Below the pieces are notes generated by a model. That model searched no databases and was not told where the DNA came from. It saw only the letters and a list, made by a program, of their open reading frames with translations. A stretch of 35,899 nucleotides of DNA from an uncultured Alphaproteobacteria bacterium (GTDB taxonomy: Bacteria; Pseudomonadota; Alphaproteobacteria; Rs-D84): assembly GCA_904502245.1 (NCBI GenBank), contig CAJGDN010000002.1, positions 1 to 35,899 of the forward strand, read 5' to 3'. This document shows positions 9,974 to 19,030 of the stretch, in pieces; the stretch's first letter is position 1, and each line of letters opens with the position of its first letter. The position numbers and the translations under genes were made by a program.

Positions 9974-10504
9974 CTATTTTATAATTTTTGGAATCCAATT
10001 GGATGTATCCAAATTTTGCAAATCTGATGGCAAATCAGACACAGATAAAATATTCCAGTGTTGCGTGCGACCAAATGGTCCAATTTTACCGCGGACATTT
10101 AAAACAGATGGCGTTTTTTTATCCTGCCACATCAGGCTGGAATAAACCTTGCCTGATTTTGGGTCCATGATTTTCCCGTCTTCGTATTCGGAATCGTCTG
10201 CATCCCATTCCATATTCCAGATTATGTCCAGGCCAACCATCTTTGGCGCACCGGCCACTTTTTCCGCAACACGTATTGGATTAGACAATGTCTCGGATAT
10301 TGCGCCATCGGTACCATACAACGCGACGATACGCCCCGCCAATTCCATGTCGTCACCGTCACGATATTCATACAGCGCAACAATTGATTTTGGCGTTTTT
10401 GTTTCATCATCAATTGTTTGATAAAAACCAACATGTGGCATTGCCGCATTCGCCACAATTGGCAATAAAACGCCCGCAACAACAGATAAAAATCTAAATT
10501 TCAT
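9974..10504 (-). CDS. DUF2147 domain periplasmic protein
   Basis: Start moved to MKFRFLSVVAGVLLPIVANA (signal peptide), with AAGGGGA RBS upstream. GFYQTIDDETKTPKSIVALYEY and the later KIMDPKSGKVYS...GPFGRTQHW fit the DUF2147 pattern. Confidence 0.7.
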   Translation of the reverse strand: MKFRFLSVVAGVLLPIVANAAMPHVGFYQTIDDETKTPKSIVALYEYRDGDDMELAGRIVALYGTDGAISETLSNPIRVAEKVAGAPKMVGLDIIWNMEWDADDSEYEDGKIMDPKSGKVYSSLMWQDKKTPSVLNVRGKIGPFGRTQHWNILSVSDLPSDLQNLDTSNWIPKIIK

Positions 10505-10584
10505 ATTTTCCCCTTTTGTTTGATACATATACAGGACATAAAAATCTTAGCCCAATTACCCAAACTTTGCAACCAAGTTAAGCA

Positions 10585-10612
10585 TTGACAAACCATCCTT
10601 TTGTGCTATATA
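10585..10612 (+). promoter_or_regulatory. strong sigma70-type promoter (consensus -35 plus extended -10)
   Basis: TTGACA (10585-10590), a 16 nt spacer, then TGcTATATA (10604-10612). The TTG listed as the ORF start in the track is more likely this -35 box. Confidence 0.55.
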
Positions 10613-10647
10613 TAACAAACAACAACCAATTACGGAACAAAATCAAA

Positions 10648-11019
10648 ATGAACAGTTTATTAAAAACAATAATTATCAATACAGTTAAACACAGCAACGT
10701 TGTGCTGACACGCCATCCTGGCATCGACGAATACATCGTTAAAGATAATACCGGAAAAACCCTGATGGAATATACAAACGGATGGGATTACGGTCAATAC
10801 GTATTAACAATCAACGGCACAAAATTTGAAATCGAATGGTACGAAAACACAAAAAAAGCGCTAAGCCAGAAACAGCAGGACATGTTTGATATTCTGCACG
10901 AAATCACTGGTCGTTATACTGAATTAGAACGTGCACGCAACGCAACAATGGCTTTAACCACAGCCGAACAAGCCATTATCGATTTCTTGAACGGCAAGAC
11001 AAGCGTAAAGGCAAAATAA
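10648..11019 (+). CDS. hypothetical cytoplasmic protein (123 aa)
   Basis: First ATG downstream of the predicted promoter. No signal peptide. Its stop overlaps the next start (TAATG). Confidence 0.5.
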   Translation: MNSLLKTIIINTVKHSNVVLTRHPGIDEYIVKDNTGKTLMEYTNGWDYGQYVLTINGTKFEIEWYENTKKALSQKQQDMFDILHEITGRYTELERARNATMALTTAEQAIIDFLNGKTSVKAK

Positions 11020-11402
11020 TGCAGTTCGCAGAAGACATGGAATTACAAGAAAAAATCCGCCAAGCAATTATTGGCGGGTATGTATCTGTATACCATGTTG
11101 TATGCAACGGTTCTTTGGACAGCACAGATTATAGCGTCACTGATAAAAATGGTATTACATATGATTTTGAACAACTAAGACTGTTCGAAGACAAAGGTGA
11201 AATTTTTTACGAATACTCTATATATATTGAAGGGAACGATGTTGCCTGCACAATATTATCAGACAAAAAAAAGACTATAGCCGAACCAACACAAACTATT
11301 TTAAAACTATTTCAGTTATGTTCTTCAAAAGTAATTTATCAGGAAATGCAAAACACAATACATAACAATCAAATAAAAAACAGATTCAAAGAAATAAACT
11401 AA
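11019..11402 (+). CDS. hypothetical cytoplasmic protein (127 aa), weakly similar in layout to the upstream gene
   Basis: Translationally coupled to 10648-11019 by a 1 nt overlap. Both products carry a (V/T)-x-D-K/N-x-G-x-T segment followed by an aromatic-rich beta-like segment. Confidence 0.5.
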   Translation: MQFAEDMELQEKIRQAIIGGYVSVYHVVCNGSLDSTDYSVTDKNGITYDFEQLRLFEDKGEIFYEYSIYIEGNDVACTILSDKKKTIAEPTQTILKLFQLCSSKVIYQEMQNTIHNNQIKNRFKEIN

Positions 11403-12124
11403 ATCGTGCGAATAACACGACAAAATGTCACACCATAAACCGCCGATGCGCCGGCACGCATCAAAACACGACGCAATTCTTGGAATGTCGCACCCGTTGT
11501 CATAACATCATCAACCAATAAAATTTTGCAACCACGAATCTTGGAAGGATTTACCACACTGAATACACCATGAATATTTTCTATTCTTTGGCGTGCATTC
11601 TTGTGTCCCATGTCTGGACGAAACTTTCTGCGAACAGAATCCAAATCCATTGTCACACCAATCGCCCGGGCAATTGGACGCGCCAGTAAAGTTGCCTGAT
11701 TATAACCGCGTTTAAATAAACGACGCGACGCCAGCGGCACAGGCATAACAACATCTATATCCGCCACATCAATATCACGCAATGCCCATATCATCGCACG
11801 TGACATAAAACGCGCATATTTTATTCGACCTCCATGCTTGAACGGCAACATCGCTGAACGTGACGCAGAATCATACACACAAGCACTGCGAATCCAATCT
11901 AATTCATTACTGCCGGCTGCACAATTCGGACACAGCGGCGCACCAGACAAATCTAAATCTGACGGAAACGGGTAACCACACCGCATACAATACGGCCATT
12001 CTATCCAATTCATTGATGTCCAACATTCGGCACACAATTCACCATGAATGGATACCGGCGCATCACAAAGTGGACACGCCGGAGGAAATAAAAACTCGAC
12101 AATCTTGTTAAATAATTTTACCAC
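11399..12124 (-). CDS. comF: ComF-family protein (phosphoribosyltransferase domain)
   Basis: GTG start. N-terminal Cys clusters CPLCD...CAECW...CMRCG...CPNC. C-terminal PRTase signature ILLVDDVMTTGAT. Confidence 0.85.
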   Translation of the reverse strand: MVKLFNKIVEFLFPPACPLCDAPVSIHGELCAECWTSMNWIEWPYCMRCGYPFPSDLDLSGAPLCPNCAAGSNELDWIRSACVYDSASRSAMLPFKHGGRIKYARFMSRAMIWALRDIDVADIDVVMPVPLASRRLFKRGYNQATLLARPIARAIGVTMDLDSVRRKFRPDMGHKNARQRIENIHGVFSVVNPSKIRGCKILLVDDVMTTGATFQELRRVLMRAGASAVYGVTFCRVIRTI

Positions 12125-13431
12125 GACATACTTTTATAAGTCTTCTTAGAAACCGTATCACCAAACATATTACGCGACTGTTTGGTCAACGTTTCATATT
12201 CGTCACCAGATATAATACGCAGAACAAAACTGGACTCGTCACGATTTGACAGAACAGGTACAATACGTTGCTTTGCCACACCGTTATCTGTTAAGGCCTG
12301 CTCAATAATCGCCAGACGACGCGCAGCCAATTTTCGTTCATCTGCGTTCTGGGTCATATATTGTGGAATACCAATCTGAATTGCCCGGGTTGGTTTATTG
12401 ACAACGACACCAGCATATTCGGTTAACAATCTGTAATTTTCGCGCGACAAGGCAGAATCCGCATTGCGAAATTTAATTTTTATTTCTAAAGCACGAATTC
12501 CAGAACCTTCTGACAAATCATGTTTTGCTGTAAAACCTTCGACAGATGATGACATATCGCTGGCCGTGTCAAAACGCGAATCAATAGAAAACGTTGAAAG
12601 ATGCTTGTTTTCAGACAAAAAGGTCTTGCGAAACGCGCGACGCAATTCATTTGGATTCATTTTTGTCATATCTTCACGAACAGATGCAATACGCGGTGAT
12701 TTAGTTTTTTCAACCGTACGCGTAACAACATCAGGCGTATCCATCGGCACAACCATACGATGCAAAGATACCGTTTCTTGGGTCTTGGGCGCAGCCGTTG
12801 CAACACGAACCGGCGTAACATCTGTTTTCTTTTCCGCAATTGGCGACGATATTACATTACGCGATATTACAGGCGCACTGTCATTTGCGGCACGCTGCAT
12901 TTCAGACAATCGTGCAATCTGGACATCTAATTCAGATTTATCAGATTCTACGCGTGCAGTCTGAACAGGACGCGGCGCTACACTGGTCTTGTTTACTGTT
13001 TTTGTAGCAGGCACAACAGTTTCAACGGTTGCGAATTTTTGGTCTAAACTCTCCTCTGGTAAAACAGAATCCGTGCGAATTACCGAAAATTCATTCGGCA
13101 TTGGCATACGAAGCGACGAATCGTTTTTCGCCCACAAATCATTGCTGGGGCGACGTGGTGTTAACACGTCGCTTGTCGCGACAATCTGGGCACCAGAATC
13201 AACCGTTTTGGCTGGCGTGGCAGTACGCGCAACAACACGCTTGGCACGGGTTGGCGCAGCCTGTTTCTTTTGTGCAACAGAAACATTTTTAACAGGCACA
13301 TCTGCCCCTTCGCCAAATGCAGCACGCGCAGATACACCACCCGAGGCGATATTCACCACAGGCAAACGAGTTCCCGCAACCGCAGGCAATACAACAAATA
13401 CCGACAATACACTGATTGTAAAACGACGCAT
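12118..13431 (-). CDS. exported protein with a long low-complexity linker and a degenerate OmpA-like (peptidoglycan-binding) C-terminal domain
   Basis: Start moved to MRRFTISVLSVFVVLPAVAG (signal peptide), with AAGGGAAG RBS upstream. The C-terminus IKFRNADSALSRENYRLLTEYAGVV...RKLAARRLAIIEQALTDNGVAKQRI follows the OmpA_C pattern (F..gSa.L......L...a...., ..LS..RA..V...L...GV...RI). Confidence 0.45.
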   Translation of the reverse strand: MRRFTISVLSVFVVLPAVAGTRLPVVNIASGGVSARAAFGEGADVPVKNVSVAQKKQAAPTRAKRVVARTATPAKTVDSGAQIVATSDVLTPRRPSNDLWAKNDSSLRMPMPNEFSVIRTDSVLPEESLDQKFATVETVVPATKTVNKTSVAPRPVQTARVESDKSELDVQIARLSEMQRAANDSAPVISRNVISSPIAEKKTDVTPVRVATAAPKTQETVSLHRMVVPMDTPDVVTRTVEKTKSPRIASVREDMTKMNPNELRRAFRKTFLSENKHLSTFSIDSRFDTASDMSSSVEGFTAKHDLSEGSGIRALEIKIKFRNADSALSRENYRLLTEYAGVVVNKPTRAIQIGIPQYMTQNADERKLAARRLAIIEQALTDNGVAKQRIVPVLSNRDESSFVLRIISGDEYETLTKQSRNMFGDTVSKKTYKSMSW

Positions 13432-13511
13432 TTCTTCTTCCCTTCTGGTGTTATCATAGAACAAATGTCGAATCGTGCGCAAGCAGAAAAATGATTTTAC
13501 AGAAAAAATTA

Positions 13512-13535
13512 CCCACCAAATGGTGGGATTTTTTA
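13512..13535. terminator. hairpin terminator/attenuator directly after murG
   Basis: cccacc-aaat-ggtggg, flanked by A-rich and T-rich runs on both strands. Confidence 0.55.
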
Positions 13536-14576
13536 TTTCGTTACAACATCTGCAATTATTGACACAGCATTATTTTCAACGTATGCCTTTTGCGCCATTT
13601 TTTCCAGACGCGATGGATTATCAAATAATTCAGATAATGTCGCGGTTAACCAACGTGGTGAAAACTTAGACTGTTCAATTGCAAATCCGCCACCCGTCTT
13701 GGCAAATGACGCAGCATTTGCAGCCTGGTCTGGATTTATATTCAACGGCACCAATATCGCAGGACGACCAACAGTTTCCAATTCAACAACCGTACTGGCA
13801 CCACTGCGACCAATTACTAAATCCGCCCCAACAATTGCACCTGCCATATCGTGAATGAACGACAGCACATTTGCACGTATTTTATTTTCTGCATAAAAAC
13901 GTTGTAAACGCTCTACATTCTCAGGACGCGTTTGATGTGTTACGAAAATCTTTTTATTCTTCATCGCTGCAATTGCTGTCGGCACAACATCATCCAATAT
14001 CTGCGCCCCCAGCGAACCACCCGTTACCAACAAACGCCCTGCACCAGACAGTGGAGAATTAGACGCTGCCAAAAAATCTGCACGCACCGGCAGCCCAGTA
14101 TACACAACGCGCGTACCCGTTGATGGAATGCCAGAAACATTTGGGAAACTGGTCATCAAGGTTTTAACCCAACGCATCGCAAATTTATTTGCACGACCAA
14201 TCGCAGCATTTTGTTCATGCAAAAATGTTGGCACACGCCAGACGTGTGCTGCAAACACAGCCGGAACAGATGCATAGCCGCCAAACGCAACGACGCGTTC
14301 TGGACGAAACACCATAAAACGCAGAACTAATGCCATGCTGGACACACCAATCTTGGCCAGGGCCCAGATTTGTTTCAGGCGACTTTTTGCACCAACACCT
14401 GACGCCCATATATGTGCAATATGCGCACCCGATGGCGCACCACGACGTACCATTTCACGCACACGACCATCGCACGAAATTGTAATTTTATGCCCACGCG
14501 ATGCCAATTCTGTGGCAACACTTAATGCTGGATAAACGTGCCCACCTGTACCACCCGTTGCAATCCATATCTTCAT
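13533..14576 (-). CDS. murG: UDP-N-acetylglucosamine--N-acetylmuramyl-(pentapeptide) pyrophosphoryl-undecaprenol GlcNAc transferase
   Basis: 347 aa. N-terminal GGTGGHVYPALSVA motif and overall MurG-like layout. Sits downstream of ftsW. Confidence 0.9.
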   Translation of the reverse strand: MKIWIATGGTGGHVYPALSVATELASRGHKITISCDGRVREMVRRGAPSGAHIAHIWASGVGAKSRLKQIWALAKIGVSSMALVLRFMVFRPERVVAFGGYASVPAVFAAHVWRVPTFLHEQNAAIGRANKFAMRWVKTLMTSFPNVSGIPSTGTRVVYTGLPVRADFLAASNSPLSGAGRLLVTGGSLGAQILDDVVPTAIAAMKNKKIFVTHQTRPENVERLQRFYAENKIRANVLSFIHDMAGAIVGADLVIGRSGASTVVELETVGRPAILVPLNINPDQAANAASFAKTGGGFAIEQSKFSPRWLTATLSELFDNPSRLEKMAQKAYVENNAVSIIADVVTK

Positions 14577-14593
14577 AGCACACCCCCGTTATT

Positions 14594-15736
14594 TTATTTC
14601 CATTTATCTTCGCGCACCAATGCCAAAATCATCCCAAACAGCAAACAATACGCCAACAACGAACTGCCACCATATGATATAAACGGCAACGTCATCCCTT
14701 TGGGCGCAAACAGATTTAATGTCGTTAACATGTTAAAGCAAATTTGAGTACCAAATAATGCTGCCGCACCGCCCGTCGCATATAACACAAACAAATCACG
14801 CGCATTTGTCGCATTTGTTATTAAACGACGAAACACATAAAACAACAGCACCAACAGACCGCACGCCATTATAGCACCCATATCTTCGGCAATGGCAGCA
14901 AATATAAAGTCTGTGTGAACGTCTGGCAAATACTGTTTCACAAACGCATCATCACCTGAACCCAACAGCCCACCATGACGAATTGAATCAACAGAACTGT
15001 CAACCTGATATGTATCACCAGAGCCAGTAAAGAATGCAATTATTCGACGGTGCACATGCCCCAGCGTAAAAAATGCCACCACTAGCATTAATAAACCAGC
15101 AGCACCCAAAACAGGAATTAACACTAATGGCAGCCCCGCAATAAAAATCATTGCAGTAAATACACCCAAGTATAAAATCGAAGTACCAAAATCCGGGTGA
15201 TTAAACACGATAAATATAAACAGCGCAAATGCAGCCAGATAATATGACCAACTGAGCCAGGTATTAAAACGCCATGCGTCTTTGTTAAAGAAAATATTAT
15301 CGCCATAACGCCGTTTCATCTGCGAGAGAAAGTACGCCGTCATAACAATAAAGCCAGGTTTCATAATATCAGATGGCATAATATTCGCGAAACCAAACGA
15401 TACAAATCGCGCAGAATTATTTATCATGTGTGGCGAAATAATAGTCAGCGGCAATAAAGCCAAACCAAACAATAAATTCGCACCTGCCAACCATAAAACC
15501 TGTTTTTTGTTCAAAAAACTGACCCCGAACAAGGTCACAAGGCCCGCAATGTAAAAAGGTGTCGCTTTGACCAGAAAGTAATACCAGGGTTCGCCCATAT
15601 GTTCAGCCTTGATAGAACCGGCAGAAACAACAAATATCACCGATAACAAAATCATCACCAGGACACACCCCAGCAAACGACGATCCGTTTCAAAATACCA
15701 ACTGGTTAACTTACTTTCTTCACTGCGTTTAAACAT
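14594..15736 (-). CDS. ftsW: SEDS-family peptidoglycan polymerase FtsW
   Basis: 380 aa polytopic protein with HTDFIFAAIAEDMGAI and PFISYGGSS signature motifs. Confidence 0.88.
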   Translation of the reverse strand: MFKRSEESKLTSWYFETDRRLLGCVLVMILLSVIFVVSAGSIKAEHMGEPWYYFLVKATPFYIAGLVTLFGVSFLNKKQVLWLAGANLLFGLALLPLTIISPHMINNSARFVSFGFANIMPSDIMKPGFIVMTAYFLSQMKRRYGDNIFFNKDAWRFNTWLSWSYYLAAFALFIFIVFNHPDFGTSILYLGVFTAMIFIAGLPLVLIPVLGAAGLLMLVVAFFTLGHVHRRIIAFFTGSGDTYQVDSSVDSIRHGGLLGSGDDAFVKQYLPDVHTDFIFAAIAEDMGAIMACGLLVLLFYVFRRLITNATNARDLFVLYATGGAAALFGTQICFNMLTTLNLFAPKGMTLPFISYGGSSLLAYCLLFGMILALVREDKWK

Positions 15737-15751
15737 GTCTTACTTTTGTCT

Positions 15752-16840
15752 TTATGCAAATTTTAATAATACCAATGCCAATCCAGAAAACATAATAGAT
15801 AAGATAAAAAATCTGTCTACTATCTTAGTTTCTGGCCAGCCCAATTCTTCAAAATGATGATGCAACGGTGCGCGCAAGAATACACGACGCCCTGTACCGG
15901 TTAATTTACGCGTTGCTTTGAAACACATTGTCTGGATGAAAGAAGATAACAATATCAAAACCATCATACCAGCAGCAATACCCATAATCAGTTCAGACTT
16001 TAACAACATGGCGACCGTCCCCATAAAACCACCCAAAGCAAGCGAGCCAACATCACCCATAAATATCGCGGCAGGCTTTGCATTATACCACAAGAAACCT
16101 AAAACCGCACCAAACGCAGCCCCCAGAACAGCGTACAGACCACTGGCTGTTGGCAAGAACATCACCGTATCCATAAAACCAATGCGCGTCGCACCATACA
16201 ATGCAACAACCAAAACAACCAAAACAGGCAAATATAACTTGGACAGCATACCATCCAAACCATCTGTAATGTTGGTGGCGTTGGCACTGCCGCAAATTAC
16301 AAAGTATGCAAACACATAATACAACAGCCCCAATGGCAAAATTATCCCCGCACCAATAGACAGCGAATATTCAGGTATGTATGGTGGCATCGTTTTATTA
16401 ATAAAGTATGCCAAAATTACTACAAATATCCCTTCGACCACCAGACGAGTTAAGGGCGACAGACCATTGGCCGCCTTGGACGATTGACTGGTGACTTTTT
16501 TATAATCATCAACAAACCCCAGTGCGCCAAACATTATCAATGCCGATAACGAAATCCAACCTGTTGGATTTGAAAATGGCATAAACAATAATGCACCGAC
16601 CAATATCGAAAACACAATTAAAATTCCGCCCATCGTTGGGGTACCTGCCTTTTTTAAATGCGCGTCTGGCACATTTTCACTGATTGGTTGCCCCTGCTTT
16701 TGCAGCGTGCGCATCGCACGAATAAAAGGACGCCCCAAAGTCAGCATTAACATAAACGCCACAAAGAACCCACCGGCAAACTGAGTCCAACCACTGGCAA
16801 AAAATGAATAACCATATGTCAAAAAATAATTAGTCAGCAT
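15752..16840 (-). CDS. mraY: phospho-N-acetylmuramoyl-pentapeptide transferase
   Basis: 362 aa with GTPTMGG, NATNITDGLDG and FMGDVGSLALGG motifs typical of MraY. Confidence 0.92.
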   Translation of the reverse strand: MLTNYFLTYGYSFFASGWTQFAGGFFVAFMLMLTLGRPFIRAMRTLQKQGQPISENVPDAHLKKAGTPTMGGILIVFSILVGALLFMPFSNPTGWISLSALIMFGALGFVDDYKKVTSQSSKAANGLSPLTRLVVEGIFVVILAYFINKTMPPYIPEYSLSIGAGIILPLGLLYYVFAYFVICGSANATNITDGLDGMLSKLYLPVLVVLVVALYGATRIGFMDTVMFLPTASGLYAVLGAAFGAVLGFLWYNAKPAAIFMGDVGSLALGGFMGTVAMLLKSELIMGIAAGMMVLILLSSFIQTMCFKATRKLTGTGRRVFLRAPLHHHFEELGWPETKIVDRFFILSIMFSGLALVLLKFA

Positions 16841-16907
16841 AAAAAATCCTTTCCCTTATGCTGACATTCTATCACAAAAGATTTGATATACAAATGGAAT
16901 ATAAGAA

Positions 16908-18947
16908 TTAAAATACACCACCAACCACAGGCGATTGTCCCGGTGCATTTTTGCGTGGTGCAGGATTTGGTTTTTGACCAACCTTGAACGCTTCTTGTAT
17001 TATCATGCCATCTGGGTCAGACGCAGCAGACGCACCACTGCGACGATTTACACGCATAAACGTCAAGCCATCCGGAACTGCAAAAGGTTGATTCTTTTCG
17101 TCTTTTAATGCGGTACGCATAAAATCTGCAAACACACGCGCAGCCATGTGCGAACCTGCGCCACGCCCCAATGGTTTTGGTGTATCAAACCCCAGATAAA
17201 CACCCGCAATCAAATTCTTTGAAAAACCAATAAACCATACATCTTTGACGTCGTTGGTTGTGCCCGTCTTGCCCGCAATGGTATGACCAGGAACACGCGC
17301 CTGCTTGCCCGTACCACGTTCAACCGCCCCCTGCAAAATCGAAACCATTTGATACAAACTTTGCGGATCAGACAAAGGTTCTGATTCGTTGACCGTTTCA
17401 GGCGGCGTCAGATCTTCGGACCATTCAATAATCTCTGATGGCGTACCACCAATAACACGCCCATATCTGTCTTCGATATAGTCAACCAGCTTTGGCTGAA
17501 TTGCACGACCACCATTAACGAACGCAGAATACCCCAACACCAACTTTTCCAACGTTGTTTCACCAGACCCCAGTGCCATCGACAGATTCATGTTTGGCAT
17601 TTCTGATGGATATACACCAAAACGCTGGGCGGCAGCAATTGCGTTTTGTGTACCAATCTGTTCAACCAAACGCACAGTCGGTACATTTCGCGACGTTTCC
17701 AACGATAGACGCAACGGCACATCACCCAGGAATTTTTTGTCATAATTTTCAGGCTTCCACAATGTATCATTTTCACGCCAACCAACAATTGGCGCATCCA
17801 ATATCATTGTCTGGGGGGTATACCCACGTTCCAACGCCACCAAATACACAAATGGCTTTATAGTAGAACCAATTTGACGATACGCCTGGGTTGCACGATT
17901 AAATGAACTGTCACGGAATGAACGACCGCCCGCCATTGCAAGAATACGACCAGTATGCGGATTCATTGCAATAATTGCACCCTGTAATTTTTCATCACGG
18001 TCAGCATTATACGCATCCAGTTCACGCGCCAAAGCCGCAGATGCCGCGCGCTGCAATTCAGGAACAATCGTTGTTTTGATGTACAGACCCTGGTTATACA
18101 AAACCTCGCGCCCCAGAGAATTCAATAACTGGCGACGAACATCTTCGGCAAAATACTGAAAATCTTCTTCCATTTGGGCGGTAAAACCACTGTTGATATT
18201 TAATTCTTCGGCGAATGCTGCGTCGGCCTGGGACTGGGTAATAAAACCTTCTTCGACCATTCGGCGCAAGACATAATTGCGACGTTCAACTGCACGGTCA
18301 CGATTATTTGGCGCCTTGGGCAAAGATGCCAGAAACGCGCATTCGGCCAGAGTTAATTCATTTACAGGTTTGTTAAAATACATCAGGGCAGCAGAACCAA
18401 CACCATATGCACGCGCACCCAGGAATATCTGGTTTAGATACAAGGTTAAAATATGTTCTTTGGAAAATGCACGTTCCAGACGCAGCGCCAATATCGCCTC
18501 TTTAATTTTACGAGAAATTGTGCGTTCGGATGTTAAAAAGAAATTTTTTGCGACCTGCTGTGTAATGGTTGATGCACCAGACAAGGTTGTATTATACCCA
18601 ATCATGCGCAGTCCATTATTTGCCGCCGCGCGAATAATACCCTGAACATCAATACCAGGATGAGTCCAGAAATTCTGATCTTCGGCCGCAATAAACGCAT
18701 TTACCAATTGCGGTGGCATGTCCGCATAGTCAATAAATACGCGACGTTCTTCGGCGTATTCAATTAACAGCGAACCGTCAGACGCATATAAACGTGTTGC
18801 AACCGGTGGTGCATATGTTGCCAGTTTTTTATAATCAGACAAATCATTTCCATATATCAAAATTAATGCCGCCAGGGTCGCAATCCCCGCAACAAAAAAC
18901 CAAAAGAAAATATTTAACAGAATACGTAAGATTTTTTTGAATTTCAT
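16908..18947 (-). CDS. mrcA: bifunctional class A penicillin-binding protein (PBP1A type)
   Basis: N-terminal TM anchor. Glycosyltransferase motifs: EDQNFWTHPGID, GASTITQQ, RKIKE. Transpeptidase motifs: STIKP, SRN, KTGTT. Confidence 0.9.
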   Translation of the reverse strand: MKFKKILRILLNIFFWFFVAGIATLAALILIYGNDLSDYKKLATYAPPVATRLYASDGSLLIEYAEERRVFIDYADMPPQLVNAFIAAEDQNFWTHPGIDVQGIIRAAANNGLRMIGYNTTLSGASTITQQVAKNFFLTSERTISRKIKEAILALRLERAFSKEHILTLYLNQIFLGARAYGVGSAALMYFNKPVNELTLAECAFLASLPKAPNNRDRAVERRNYVLRRMVEEGFITQSQADAAFAEELNINSGFTAQMEEDFQYFAEDVRRQLLNSLGREVLYNQGLYIKTTIVPELQRAASAALARELDAYNADRDEKLQGAIIAMNPHTGRILAMAGGRSFRDSSFNRATQAYRQIGSTIKPFVYLVALERGYTPQTMILDAPIVGWRENDTLWKPENYDKKFLGDVPLRLSLETSRNVPTVRLVEQIGTQNAIAAAQRFGVYPSEMPNMNLSMALGSGETTLEKLVLGYSAFVNGGRAIQPKLVDYIEDRYGRVIGGTPSEIIEWSEDLTPPETVNESEPLSDPQSLYQMVSILQGAVERGTGKQARVPGHTIAGKTGTTNDVKDVWFIGFSKNLIAGVYLGFDTPKPLGRGAGSHMAARVFADFMRTALKDEKNQPFAVPDGLTFMRVNRRSGASAASDPDGMIIQEAFKVGQKPNPAPRKNAPGQSPVVGGVF

Positions 18948-19000
18948 GATAAATTAAATTTTACGATAAAAACATGACGTTTGCAAATAATTTAAGTAAT

Positions 19001-19030
19001 AAAAAATCCCGCCATTTGGCGGGGATATCT
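19001..19030 (-). terminator. intrinsic terminator after the SuhB-like gene
   Basis: cccgcc-attt-ggcggg hairpin. An A6 tract on the plus strand gives a T-run on the minus strand. Confidence 0.7.

Noticed and set aside
10648-11402. Classical type II toxin-antitoxin module
   Set aside because: The sizes and coupling fit loosely. Neither product shows a recognisable antitoxin DNA-binding fold or a toxin motif (PIN, RelE, MazF, HipA, Fic), and the two appear related to each other. It is kept only as an unknown bicistron.
12182-13494. Plus-strand ORFs 12464-12964, 12989-13459 and others opposite the OmpA-like gene
   Set aside because: They are antisense shadows of the low-complexity coding region. 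The minus-strand ORF has a signal peptide, an RBS and a recognisable C-terminal domain.
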